A DNA stretch of 64,000 nucleotides from an uncultured virus (IMG/VR IMGVR_UViG_3300025326_000022) (lineage: Duplodnaviria > Heunggongvirae > Uroviricota > Caudoviricetes). The notes under the pieces are model-generated. The model worked only from the letters and a program-made list of their open reading frames with translations. It made no database searches and was not told where the DNA came from. The position numbers were made by a program, and so were the translations under genes. Within the stretch, counting starts at the first letter, position 1. Each line of letters starts with the position of its first letter. Where the stretch lies: IMG/VR virus record IMGVR_UViG_3300025326_000022. One strand, 5' to 3'. Of the stretch, positions 47,403 to 57,257 are shown in pieces.

Positions 47403-48410
47403 ATGAACGACGCCTTCACCAAGACCAAACCGACCTCAAGCGGCAGGATGCCGTTCCTGCCCAACGTCATCCTGCAGGATGGGTCCCAACTTCCCATCCA
47501 GGTGCTCCAACCCCCGGAAGATCTGTTCCCTAACGGCTTCCCTGAGGTCCGGCGCCATTGGATCGAACGGGTGAGCGAGAAGACGGGCAAGAAGGAGACC
47601 ATGCCCCCGGTCATATGTACCGACGGATTCGAGAGCACCACGGGCCGCTGCCTCACGTGCTACGGCAAAGCCACGAGTCAGCTCCGGGCCGACCGCGGGC
47701 AACGCTCCGCCCCCAGCGAGATCGTGATCCCGGTGTTTGACCACGGCCGCTACATCGAAACCAATGGCAAGAAAACCTTGATTCCAGCGAATGTCCCGAT
47801 TGTCGACCCGGCGCAACGCCAGATGGTAGTGCCCGGGGGTCTCAAGGTGCTGTACTGCAGCGGAGCCCAGTACCGGGACATCCGGCAACTTCACAACAAT
47901 GTACAGAACGAGTGCAAAGGCTGCGGGGGCCTCATGCAGATCGAAGCTCTGGCGTGCCAGCAGTGCAAGGCCCCGATGTTCAACACCCACCAGATTGCCC
48001 AGTTGAACGTCGAGCAATTCGAACAAGTGCGGTACAACCCTGCGGTGTGCCAGATGTGCAAGATCGAAGGATACCCCGAGGTTGTGCGCCGCTGCACCAA
48101 GTGTGGCCAACCGCATCCCAAGGCACTGTACGACATCGTGATCTACGTCTCCAAGACCGTGACCAACACGATTGGCCGCGATGGTCAGCCGCGAAAAAAG
48201 TCAGCTTATGACTATGCCGAGGCCAAGGGCTACCAGGTGGTACAACCTGATTTTGAAGACTTGGAGCATTTCTTCGAGAGACTCAACCTCATCATCACGA
48301 AAGGCCCGACCATCGGGCAACAGGCAGAAGAAATCGGACTCGCGATACCGAAAGAATGGCTACAAGGTTCCAATACCTCAAATCCGAACGCTCGGCCCTA
48401 CGGGGGCTGA
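47403..48410 (+). CDS. Cys-rich replication-module protein, possible ssDNA-binding protein
   Basis: Five CxxC pairs; between primase and polymerase; AAGGAG RBS. Confidence 0.5.
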   Translation: MNDAFTKTKPTSSGRMPFLPNVILQDGSQLPIQVLQPPEDLFPNGFPEVRRHWIERVSEKTGKKETMPPVICTDGFESTTGRCLTCYGKATSQLRADRGQRSAPSEIVIPVFDHGRYIETNGKKTLIPANVPIVDPAQRQMVVPGGLKVLYCSGAQYRDIRQLHNNVQNECKGCGGLMQIEALACQQCKAPMFNTHQIAQLNVEQFEQVRYNPAVCQMCKIEGYPEVVRRCTKCGQPHPKALYDIVIYVSKTVTNTIGRDGQPRKKSAYDYAEAKGYQVVQPDFEDLEHFFERLNLIITKGPTIGQQAEEIGLAIPKEWLQGSNTSNPNARPYGG

Positions 48411-49021
48411 TCGAGGATTACGCCCGGAACCTGGGTCCTGGGGGGCTGCTGGCCTACGTGGCCTCCCAGGACCTGGTGGTCGCGACGGACTTATATTCCG
48501 TCATGGCGATTCGGGAAGCATCCAAACTACTGGTACCCATGCGACTCAGGGCCATCGGGATGTACGCACGTCAGAACGCCGAATTACCGTCCACCGAAAT
48601 GCTTGACCCCAAGGCCAAGTACGACGTGGACCAAAAGTTCAAAAGCTTGATCTACAACAAAAGTCTCTTCATGTCCGACATCGTGGCGCTGGCGGAAGCC
48701 CAGGCCGACGCCGGGCCTCAGGAACGCCTCCCGCTTGTCAAGATGGGGGAGAACTCCGAAGGGATCGTGTTTCTAACGACCAATCGTCACAACGAGGTCG
48801 TCCATGTTGGGATACGGTATTACCGAAACCTGCTGGATAACAAGCTGGTACAACTTTACTCAGGGGTCAGGGATTCGTTTCGAGAACCAACCCATTCGTG
48901 GCGTAGCCTGCCGGTCGCGGCCAAGGGGGTCTTTTATCGCGCTGGAATCAACATCTATGGGCTGGTGATGCCACATGCCAAAATTTCACTCCCTTCTACC
49001 ATACATCGAAATCAAGACTGA
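48356..49021 (+). CDS. hypothetical protein
   Basis: 221-aa ORF filling the gap before polymerase. Confidence 0.6.
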   Translation: MATRFQYLKSERSALRGLIEDYARNLGPGGLLAYVASQDLVVATDLYSVMAIREASKLLVPMRLRAIGMYARQNAELPSTEMLDPKAKYDVDQKFKSLIYNKSLFMSDIVALAEAQADAGPQERLPLVKMGENSEGIVFLTTNRHNEVVHVGIRYYRNLLDNKLVQLYSGVRDSFREPTHSWRSLPVAAKGVFYRAGINIYGLVMPHAKISLPSTIHRNQD

Positions 49022-52000
49022 GGCCGAGGCTTTGGTCTTGTCCCAGGTGATCCGCGACCTGGGGATCGTGGCGTTCGATACCGAAACCACGAGTGAGGAT
49101 CCCCACGTCGCCCGCAACGTCCTGGTGTCCTTGAGCGTTCCCAAGACACCCTGGAGACCCCAATGGGGTGACCAATTGTTCGATCTTGCGCAAGGGTCCC
49201 GCCTGGTATTCGAACCCAACCCCGTGGTCGCGGTCCCGTTGGTCTCGATGCTCGACTGCGTTGGGGTTGACGTCATTGCCCACAACTACCCCTACGACGC
49301 CCACATCTGTTGGCGCACCTGGAGGGTTCGCCCGGGATTCCGTGCCCGGGTGTTCGACACCCTGGTGATGGATCACCTGGTGGATGAGAACCGGTACGGT
49401 CGTCATGGACTCAAGGAATGTTGCGGAGATTACGGATTAATCCACGGGATGAAGCCATTCAGCACCCTGTTTAAGAAACCGCCCAAGGGGATCAACCTGT
49501 CGCCGGCCGAGTGGGCCATGGAGACCAAACGAGAAGTATTCCTAGACTACGCGGCCACCGATCCCTACGCCACCCTGCTGCTTTTTTACGAACTCAAGCG
49601 TCGGCTTGAGGAGCAGGTATGGCAAGACGGCAAATCCCTTTGGGACTACTACATCGAGATGGAGGAACCGTATGTCAAGTCCATCTGGACGATGGAGCAC
49701 AACGGCGCCTGCGTCGAGGCCCATGCGCTCAAACGGTACGAAGCTCCTTTGAAATCAAGGATTCAGGAGATTGAGAACTTCTACACCCAGCGGGCAGGCC
49801 ATGTCATCAACCTAAACTCCAGTGACCAGCTACACCGGTTGTTCCACGAGACCATCGGGATGCCGATCGTCAAGTACACGGATGGCGGGGCCAGCGGGAT
49901 ACGGAAGGCCTCGTACAAAAAAGAGGCACTCGAAATCCTGGAGGAAGACTACCCCGATGACATTACCCCCCTGTTGGAGCACCGGAAACTCAGCAAGCTG
50001 TTGAGCACATATGTCGAGGGCTTGTCCAGCCATATCAAGAGTGACGGACGAGTCCATTGTCAGTTTCGCGTCACCGGGACTCGGACCGGACGTACCAGTT
50101 CTGCCTCACCAAATCTACAGAACGTCGAGAACCCATCGGAAGACGAGCGCATCCAGCAGTACGATATCCGGATTGCCTTCAAGGCCCCGGAGGGCAGATC
50201 CCTCGTGGTGGCGGATTTCAGCCAACTGGAGGTCTTGCTCACGGCCCAGATATCGGGTGATGAGAATTTGATCAAGGTGTTGCTAGAGGGCCGCGACCTC
50301 CACGCCTACACGGCCGCGAGCCTGTTTGACCTCAAGTACGAGGACATCCTCGAGGCCAAGGTTCTCAAGGAGTCGGGTGGTGTCCTGACGTCCGCACAAA
50401 AGAAGATGTTGGCGTGCCGCAAGTCGGCCAAGACATTGCTCTTCGGCATCCTGTACGGCATGGGGGACAAACGATTGGCCGCCAACCTTGGGGTTACGCT
50501 TGAGGAAGCCAGAGCGATCATCGACCTGTTCTTCAAAACATTCCCTGGGATACTCCAGGCCAAGAAGTATCACACAGGTTTCTGCAAGGCCAATGGGTTT
50601 GTCCTCACGCTGCTGAACAGGCGCCGACGGCTGCCGGAGATCTGGTCCAACAACATACGGGCTTCCTCCAAAGCGGAGCGCCAGCTCTTCAACGCCATCA
50701 TCCAGGGCTGTGTTGAGGGAAACTCCAGGGTATTGGTCGAAGGTCACGGCTACGTTCCTATCAAGTCGCTCGTCAATAGATCGGTAAGGATATGGGATGG
50801 TAACGCCTTTGTCGGCGCGGTGGTGATCGCTTCCGGTATGAAAAAGAAAATACTCGTTGAATTTGCATCTGGTAATCGAATCATCTGTAGCCCTGAGCAC
50901 AAATTCCTTACGGTTAACGAAGTTGGATCGGAACGCTTTAGAACCGCACTAGAATTTGCACCAATAGAGCGCATCAAACTTGCCCATGCAGTAAAGTTTC
51001 ATGGTCATGTAGAACTTCCGAAACCCACACTAAGGACACACCGGAAAGCTCCGAATGGTGTCGGCAACGCAAAAAGAATATCACTCAGCGCCATACAGAA
51101 TCCTCTAGCTCTAGGGATCATGCTGGGTAGATTGGCCTCAGACGGAACTATCGTTCGAAATAAAGCCTTGACCTGGCTGGTAGCGGAGCACGAGATCAGT
51201 ATCCTTCCCTACATGCTGGACTGCCTGAGCACCGCAGGGCTACGGTATAGACTCTGTACACGTCAGCGCCCCAACAAATTACCCATGCACATACTCAATC
51301 TGGACTCCGCTGTCCTGGCACGTCAAGCCACCGAACTAAACCTTAAGAATGGCATTCCAGCGGAGATATTCAAAGATTCTGAATTGTTGCGTGGATTCTT
51401 ACGGGGAATGTTTGATGGCGATGGTGGCGTGACAGGCAAAACTATCGCCCTTACATTCGGGCAAGGCGGAAGATTCAGAACTTACGCCGAAGAGATACAG
51501 CAAGCACTGTTGTTGTTTGGCATCGAAAGTCGAGTCCATACCTACGTCGATAGAACACTCGTACGATTACGCACTCGCGATCTCCATAAATTTGTACAAC
51601 AGATCGGATTCCTGAACCCTGCGAAGAATGCAAAGGCGCTGAGCCTACTCGCGAATGACAACGTGTCCAAAGCCTTCGGCAGGGTAGAGATTGTCCGTAG
51701 CGTAACAGAAACTGAAGAATACATCGAGATGTTCGATGTAGTCAACAGCGACACTGGACGATTTATGGTCAACGGGGTCATCACTCACAACTCCGCAGCA
51801 GACCTGATGCGCTACTACATGCCCGCGATCACGAACGATCCAGTGCTCAAGACCATGGGGGCGGATCTCGTGCTCCAGGTTCACGACGAAGTCGTGGAAG
51901 AAGTACCGGACCAGCACGCCGAAGAAGCCAAGATCATCATTGTGAACCACATGGAGGCATCGATGAGTCACATCGATTGGCGGGTGCCCCTGAAGGTAAG

Positions 52001-52037
52001 TGCGAAATACGCAACTACGTGGTCTGCGGCGAAATAG
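48975..52037 (+). CDS. polA: family A DNA polymerase with 3'-5' exonuclease and intein
   Basis: FDTET, HN..YD, YAATD; TGRTSS..PNLQN; DFSQLE; RKSAKTLLFGILYG; VHDE. Confidence 0.95.
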   Translation: MPKFHSLLPYIEIKTEAEALVLSQVIRDLGIVAFDTETTSEDPHVARNVLVSLSVPKTPWRPQWGDQLFDLAQGSRLVFEPNPVVAVPLVSMLDCVGVDVIAHNYPYDAHICWRTWRVRPGFRARVFDTLVMDHLVDENRYGRHGLKECCGDYGLIHGMKPFSTLFKKPPKGINLSPAEWAMETKREVFLDYAATDPYATLLLFYELKRRLEEQVWQDGKSLWDYYIEMEEPYVKSIWTMEHNGACVEAHALKRYEAPLKSRIQEIENFYTQRAGHVINLNSSDQLHRLFHETIGMPIVKYTDGGASGIRKASYKKEALEILEEDYPDDITPLLEHRKLSKLLSTYVEGLSSHIKSDGRVHCQFRVTGTRTGRTSSASPNLQNVENPSEDERIQQYDIRIAFKAPEGRSLVVADFSQLEVLLTAQISGDENLIKVLLEGRDLHAYTAASLFDLKYEDILEAKVLKESGGVLTSAQKKMLACRKSAKTLLFGILYGMGDKRLAANLGVTLEEARAIIDLFFKTFPGILQAKKYHTGFCKANGFVLTLLNRRRRLPEIWSNNIRASSKAERQLFNAIIQGCVEGNSRVLVEGHGYVPIKSLVNRSVRIWDGNAFVGAVVIASGMKKKILVEFASGNRIICSPEHKFLTVNEVGSERFRTALEFAPIERIKLAHAVKFHGHVELPKPTLRTHRKAPNGVGNAKRISLSAIQNPLALGIMLGRLASDGTIVRNKALTWLVAEHEISILPYMLDCLSTAGLRYRLCTRQRPNKLPMHILNLDSAVLARQATELNLKNGIPAEIFKDSELLRGFLRGMFDGDGGVTGKTIALTFGQGGRFRTYAEEIQQALLLFGIESRVHTYVDRTLVRLRTRDLHKFVQQIGFLNPAKNAKALSLLANDNVSKAFGRVEIVRSVTETEEYIEMFDVVNSDTGRFMVNGVITHNSAADLMRYYMPAITNDPVLKTMGADLVLQVHDEVVEEVPDQHAEEAKIIIVNHMEASMSHIDWRVPLKVSAKYATTWSAAK
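50709..51791 (+). mobile_element. intein (361 aa) with LAGLIDADG endonuclease in PolA
   Basis: IIQG|CVEG...SPEH...GRLASDG...GMFDGDG...ITHN|SAADL. Confidence 0.92.
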
Positions 52038-52054
52038 AATACAAGGACTCCAAC

Positions 52055-52951
52055 ATGACCGACCCGATCGACAAAATCATCCAAGAGCCCGATCCCACGG
52101 CCCCCGAGACCAAGGGCATGAAGCCCAAGATCTCGGCCCACAGGATCATCCAGGAGGTAGCGGACCACACGGGCCTCAGTTACCACCAGGCGGCTGACGC
52201 GGTCTACGCCTTCCTCCACTACGTCAAGTACACCGCGTTCTTGACAGACCGCAAGATGATGCTCCAGCATTTCGGTCATCTGGAGCACCGGAAGTTCACC
52301 GGGAGGGTTTACAGCGTGAACACAGGCCAGGGGTTCTACAAACCTGATACCATGAGGTTGTACCTGAAAACCAATTCAATCGAGGTTCCCCAATGGAAAA
52401 ATACGGAGTCGATACACAGGACAGTAGTCAATGCCCTCGATGCGGCACTCCCACCCGGAAGTATGGATCTGTCCGTCTGTGTCCGGATTGCGGATCTGAC
52501 CCTCTCGAACAAGCCCATCGCAAGCCTGCGGCAGCAGGAACGAGTCGAGTTCATCCGCAAGTGGATCCTGGCCACCGGGGCGTCGCCGCTCCTTCCATCG
52601 GCCCGGTATCACGGCGAGCTTAACGACCGGCCGTTCGCTTCCATGAAATTCCGGCTCCGGGGCAAAACCCGGGTGGCCGTGGTGTTTGATTTTCAACCCG
52701 ACCCAATGGCGGTGTCGTTGTCGGTGTCGTCAAGACACGACATCGTATTCCTGCCCGATACCTGGGTCTCGGCCGTCCATTATCATCCACGCCCCAGCGG
52801 CATGATCCCGAGTCACCAGTACGGCGAGTCGATAGAAGACAACTGTGCATCACTCTACCGAGCATACAAGGCGGTTAAATATGGCGAAGAAAAAACAAAA
52901 GCCCAAGGATCTGGTACCCAAGACCCCCAAGTCGACGAAGCTCAAGAGTAG
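52055..52951 (+). CDS. HU/IHF-like domain fused to unknown C-terminal region
   Basis: IIQEVADHTGLSYHQAADAV...LQHFGHL...GRVYSVNTG; AAGGA RBS. Confidence 0.65.
   Translation: MTDPIDKIIQEPDPTAPETKGMKPKISAHRIIQEVADHTGLSYHQAADAVYAFLHYVKYTAFLTDRKMMLQHFGHLEHRKFTGRVYSVNTGQGFYKPDTMRLYLKTNSIEVPQWKNTESIHRTVVNALDAALPPGSMDLSVCVRIADLTLSNKPIASLRQQERVEFIRKWILATGASPLLPSARYHGELNDRPFASMKFRLRGKTRVAVVFDFQPDPMAVSLSVSSRHDIVFLPDTWVSAVHYHPRPSGMIPSHQYGESIEDNCASLYRAYKAVKYGEEKTKAQGSGTQDPQVDEAQE
52393..52623 (+). CDS. nested zinc-ribbon protein in an alternative frame
   Basis: GAGG RBS; MEKYGV...CPRCG...CPDCG. Confidence 0.55.
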   Translation: MEKYGVDTQDSSQCPRCGTPTRKYGSVRLCPDCGSDPLEQAHRKPAAAGTSRVHPQVDPGHRGVAAPSIGPVSRRA

Positions 52952-54179
52952 CAAGAGCAGGTTAGACCTGGTGATCCAGGAGCTACGGCGGGACTACGGC
53001 GGGGTCATTGAAGTTGGGAGCAACATAACCCCTGCGTTCGAGGATCGGCTCCCGGCCCAGATCTTTGGGGTCAACGTGATCACGGGGGGCGGGATCCCGT
53101 ACAACGCCATCACCGAGATCTTTGGCCCACCCGCAACCTTCAAGTCCACCATAGCGCTCGGGTTAGCCAAGAGCGCCCAACAGGTCTTCGGTAAAAACTG
53201 CGCCATCGCGGTCGTCTCGACCGAGAGCGCCGGGCTGGATCTCAACTGGGTTCGGCACCAAGGGGTCAAGATCCCGTACTCGGACCTTGAGATCAAGATG
53301 TTCAAGAACCTGGGGGTCGTGGCCCAGGAGGTCGACAGGATCGTCGCGTCCCAGGAGGGCGGGGGCAAGTTCATCCTGCTGTATGGGGATAATGCCGAGA
53401 CCGAGCTAAACAAGGTCAAGCGTCTCCTGCTCACCGGGGAGCTCAACCTCTATATCCTGGATTCCATCGGGGCCATGGTGACGGACAAGGAACTCGCGGG
53501 AGAGCATGAAGATGTCCACGTGGCCCTGAATCCCAAGCTTGTGAACCGTCATTGCAACTTCCTCTTGAGCCTATGCAACCGATTGAGTCGTGAGAATCTC
53601 AAGACAGCCCTCGTGATCATCAACCAGATCAGGGCCAAGATCGGGGGCTGGAGTCCAACCGGCGAGGCCACCGATACCCCCGGGGGCTATGCCCTCAAGC
53701 ATGACAAGCACCTGGCCCTCAAGACCCGGGTGGCATCCTTCGTCACGACGAACAAGAAGACCTGGGCCAAACAGATCTCCATCACGGTGGACAAGTCCAA
53801 GATCTGCGTACCCCACAGGTCATGCCAGGTCACCTACGTGATCCGGGGGGACAACCCCCGGGGTCTTCCCATTGGACCCGACATCTACAGTGAGGTCACG
53901 GACCTGGCGGTGTCATCCGACATATTCAAATATCAAGGTAACAAATGGTTCTATGGGGACGGGGTCTTGGAACTGAATGGTGAGCAGGTAAAACGAGAGG
54001 ACTTGGCCCTCATCCTCCAGACCGATCCGGATCTCCTCAAGATGGTTCAGGATGATATTCTCCAGGCTCACAAGGCCCTGGAGATCCGGGGGATACACAA
54101 GACCTCACTCCCTGACCCCAGGGCCAAGATCATGGACGAAAGTCTGCAAGATCGCGAGTCCGGTGAGGAACCCGAGTGA
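52881..54179 (+). CDS. recA: RecA/UvsX-like recombinase
   Basis: GGGIPY..ITEIFGPPATFKST, ILDSIGAM, INQIRAKIG, TPGGYALKH. Confidence 0.9.
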   Translation: MAKKKQKPKDLVPKTPKSTKLKSSKSRLDLVIQELRRDYGGVIEVGSNITPAFEDRLPAQIFGVNVITGGGIPYNAITEIFGPPATFKSTIALGLAKSAQQVFGKNCAIAVVSTESAGLDLNWVRHQGVKIPYSDLEIKMFKNLGVVAQEVDRIVASQEGGGKFILLYGDNAETELNKVKRLLLTGELNLYILDSIGAMVTDKELAGEHEDVHVALNPKLVNRHCNFLLSLCNRLSRENLKTALVIINQIRAKIGGWSPTGEATDTPGGYALKHDKHLALKTRVASFVTTNKKTWAKQISITVDKSKICVPHRSCQVTYVIRGDNPRGLPIGPDIYSEVTDLAVSSDIFKYQGNKWFYGDGVLELNGEQVKREDLALILQTDPDLLKMVQDDILQAHKALEIRGIHKTSLPDPRAKIMDESLQDRESGEEPE

Positions 54180-54583
54180 ACCATTGGAAACGACGCGAAC
54201 GCGACGTCATCAAGAAGTACGGCGGGAAGGTCAATGCCAACTCCGGGGCCATGTGGCACAGCAAGGGAGATGGGCGCCATGGAGAACGATGGGTCCAGGA
54301 GGTCAAGAGCACGGCCAAGGATACCTTCAAGGTTACCAACGGGGTCATCCGGAAGCTGCTGCAGGATGCCAGGGTATCGAGCCGTACCCCGATGCTCTTG
54401 GTCAACTTTATCCGGCATCATCGCGAGATCATCGTGGTGCCGGGCTACTGCCTGGAGCTCGAGACCCTCGAGAGTGACAACACCTTGGAACCCTATAGCC
54501 ACATGATCCATTTTGCCGCCGGGGGCCAGGTATTCAAAGTGGTGTCCGGTTCTATCGGGCGTGATCTTCTAAAACTTGCGTAA
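54176..54583 (+). CDS. putative Holliday junction resolvase (PD-(D/E)xK)
   Basis: RRER...NSGA...KGD...EVKST. Confidence 0.7.
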   Translation: MNHWKRRERDVIKKYGGKVNANSGAMWHSKGDGRHGERWVQEVKSTAKDTFKVTNGVIRKLLQDARVSSRTPMLLVNFIRHHREIIVVPGYCLELETLESDNTLEPYSHMIHFAAGGQVFKVVSGSIGRDLLKLA

Positions 54584-54610
54584 TTTTTAAGGATCTGTAC
54601 AATGGCCCCC

Positions 54611-55300
54611 ATGACCCCCGAGGATATTGTCCGGCTATCCTGGCCATCGCTCCACCAGACCCCAAGGGAACCGACGGGAAGATTCTATCCAAGCAACCTG
54701 GTGAACGGTTGTCTGTTTGCCTGTTACCACGATGCTCTCAAGACCCCGGGGCTCAAGGAAGACCGAACCTTCGAATCCAACGGGATGATGGACGTGGGGA
54801 AGTATATCCACGAACAAGTACAGCAGGGAATGGCCAAGCATTATGACACGGTGGGGTGGACCTATAGCCCAGAGCTCAGGATCCAGTTCTCCAGCCATTG
54901 CTCCGGCCGGTGTGATGCTGATGTCCATGGACCTCAAGAGCACCACGAGGTTCATGAATACAAGACCTGCTCCAAGTCGGTGTTCGACAGCCTTGGCAAA
55001 ACCCCGTTGGAGAAGCACGAAGACCAACTGCAACTTTACATGAGCAGGACCAACGCGACCCTTGGGTACTTGTTGTACATCTGCCGGAACGATTTCTCGA
55101 CCCGGCAGTACCGGGTACCCTACAGCCCGGATCGTGCCAAGAAAATGTGGACCATGCTCCTGAAGGTAGAGGATGCAATCACCCGCGGGGTACCACCCGA
55201 AACCAAGAAACATTGGTTCGGGACATCCCCCTGTACCTCGAGCTGCAGGTTCCGTGGCATCTGCCCCGAGGTCATGAACCCAACCACCAGGAAATTATGA
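54611..55300 (+). CDS. Cas4-like PD-(D/E)xK exonuclease
   Basis: PS...C, G..IH, GRCD, EYKT, QLQLY, C-x3-C-x5-C. Confidence 0.8.
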   Translation: MTPEDIVRLSWPSLHQTPREPTGRFYPSNLVNGCLFACYHDALKTPGLKEDRTFESNGMMDVGKYIHEQVQQGMAKHYDTVGWTYSPELRIQFSSHCSGRCDADVHGPQEHHEVHEYKTCSKSVFDSLGKTPLEKHEDQLQLYMSRTNATLGYLLYICRNDFSTRQYRVPYSPDRAKKMWTMLLKVEDAITRGVPPETKKHWFGTSPCTSSCRFRGICPEVMNPTTRKL

Positions 55301-55881
55301 AGCTTGCCCAACCATTGGATGATCCCAAGCTCCAGGCCAAGATCCAGATGTACCGCGATGCCCTGGACGTCAGGGTCGAGGTCCCGATCCCCCGGAACCC
55401 GGTGGAAAGCCCTGTCCCGGGGGTTGAGTACGACGACATCGGGTTCCCCATGATGCCCGAGGACCTGACCGTCATCACGAGCCAGGAGCTTGGGCGCCTC
55501 TACCAGGCGACCGAAGCATGGCACAACTACATCGCGGCCCTGGCGACCAACGCGGACCATGACAAAGTGGTGTCCAAGGCCCTGAGTGACCTGATCAAAG
55601 TGGAGGTCAAGAAGGACATCCGAGCATCCGGCAAGTCCAAAGACGACGCCGATGAAGAGTACCGCGGTGACCCCCGGTACATCCAGACCGACACCGAGTA
55701 CCTGACGGCCCGGATCACGGCCGACAAACTCGAAAACGCACGATCCATGATTTCCAGGAGGATCCAGTTCATCTCCCGGGAGATCACGAGACGAGGAGAT
55801 GATTTCTATGGACGAGACCCAGACGCAAGGTTCAGAGATGCCAACGGAACCCTCGGACCCCAGAGGGGCCGAAAGCTCTGA
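55297..55881 (+). CDS. coiled-coil protein, possible UvsY-like recombination mediator
   Basis: Helical; ends ISREITRR; in recombination cluster. Confidence 0.5.
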   Translation: MKLAQPLDDPKLQAKIQMYRDALDVRVEVPIPRNPVESPVPGVEYDDIGFPMMPEDLTVITSQELGRLYQATEAWHNYIAALATNADHDKVVSKALSDLIKVEVKKDIRASGKSKDDADEEYRGDPRYIQTDTEYLTARITADKLENARSMISRRIQFISREITRRGDDFYGRDPDARFRDANGTLGPQRGRKL

Positions 55882-56194
55882 AGCCGAGCAATACCACGGG
55901 ATCAATAACACGGAACTCCGGGTGGCCTGTGAAGCCAGGCTCAAGAGGTTCCTATCCCCCTGGACCCAAAGGGCACTCCTTATCCAGTTCCTTGAAGGTG
56001 GAGGCGAGCCCCCTGGGAGCCCAGTGGATGAGATCAGGTTCCACCAGGCCGGGATCCTGCTGAACCGCTTCCACATTTACCGAACCAGCATGTCGTGCGA
56101 TGCCAACTGCTTTGCTCATCAAGATGTCCACGTGATGGAGTGCCAAGTGCAGAACAAGGTTCTTCGTCACCCACGCTTCCCTCGTAACCCATAA
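55808..56194 (+). CDS. hypothetical protein
   Basis: GAGGAG RBS; C/H cluster. Confidence 0.55.
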   Translation: MDETQTQGSEMPTEPSDPRGAESSEAEQYHGINNTELRVACEARLKRFLSPWTQRALLIQFLEGGGEPPGSPVDEIRFHQAGILLNRFHIYRTSMSCDANCFAHQDVHVMECQVQNKVLRHPRFPRNP

Positions 56195-56214
56195 CCCCTT
56201 AAAAAGGAGATTGC

Positions 56215-57207
56215 ATGACCCCTCAAGAAGCTCATAACCAAACATTCGCCGAACTGGTCGGCTGGGCCGTGACCACGGCCCAACGGACCAACGTGGTGTT
56301 CCGCGGCAAAGACGGGTTACCCGTCCAGGTTGCGGAAAATTCCGACATCATGCGGTACCTGATGGACAAGTACCAGCGGGTCACCCAACCGGACCTCGTG
56401 AACGACCTCCAGGCCCTCGGGATGTTGGCCAACGGGCCTGAAGCCGGGGCTACCCAGGGGTCCGCGGTCGCCACGCCGGTCACGACGGCACCTCCGCCCG
56501 TTGCCCAGGTCCCCGGGACGGTTCCCCAACCCCAAGGCCCCGGGGTCCCAACCAGCACGATCCCGTTGCCTCCGTTTCCGTACCCGGTGTTCCGTACTGC
56601 GAACAACCACCTGGCGCTTCAGGACGGCCGACTCCTGTGTCAGCAGTGTGTCAAGGACGGGAAACCAAACCTCTACATCACCAAGACCCCCCGGGATCTC
56701 AAGGGCCTCGGGGCACATGGGCGCCTCCATGTGGACAAAACGCCCCCCGGGTATGATCTGTCGGGTCTCCCGTTGCTACCCGACACAGTCGTGGCCCCTG
56801 GGGTAACCCCTCCATCGGTTCCCGCGGCACCGGTTCCTCAGGTTGCCCAGACCCCTGTGCCCCAGCACAACACCATCGAGACCCCCGGGCCGGTCACAAC
56901 CCCGGATGTCGCGGCCGCGGCCTCGGCGATCGAGTCGCTCATGGGTCACCGGACTCTCGAGAAGACCCAGGACCCCACGGCGTCGCCCCAGCTCCCGGCC
57001 ATGGGACCCGAGGCAGTCCAGTTCCTCGCGCTCAAGATTCAGGAAGCCGAGCAGAGCGTCATCCATGAGATCCGGCGGATCGAGTGGGACCTAACGGTCT
57101 ATGTCTTGGGCATCATCACGTTACCAGACGACGTGAAGGCGCAGCTCTACCGGGAGTTCGCCGCCCCCCGGATGCCCAAGCTGGTGGAGTTGCTGCGGTC
57201 AGCCTGA
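56215..57207 (+). CDS. Pro-rich protein with central C2H2-like motif
   Basis: AAGGAG RBS; CQQC...H..H between P/V/T-rich linkers. Confidence 0.65.
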   Translation: MTPQEAHNQTFAELVGWAVTTAQRTNVVFRGKDGLPVQVAENSDIMRYLMDKYQRVTQPDLVNDLQALGMLANGPEAGATQGSAVATPVTTAPPPVAQVPGTVPQPQGPGVPTSTIPLPPFPYPVFRTANNHLALQDGRLLCQQCVKDGKPNLYITKTPRDLKGLGAHGRLHVDKTPPGYDLSGLPLLPDTVVAPGVTPPSVPAAPVPQVAQTPVPQHNTIETPGPVTTPDVAAAASAIESLMGHRTLEKTQDPTASPQLPAMGPEAVQFLALKIQEAEQSVIHEIRRIEWDLTVYVLGIITLPDDVKAQLYREFAAPRMPKLVELLRSA

Positions 57208-57228
57208 TGACCACGTGACCCAGGGATC

Positions 57229-57257
57229 AAAGGCGGCGCTTCTGTGCCGCCTTTTTT
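57229..57257. terminator. probably bidirectional intrinsic terminator
   Basis: AAAGGCGGCGC-TTCT-GTGCCGCCTTTTTT between convergent genes. Confidence 0.85.

Noticed and set aside
54611..55300. Cas4-like gene as a CRISPR-Cas system
   Set aside because: No array or other cas genes; solo Cas4-like nucleases are common in phage recombination modules.
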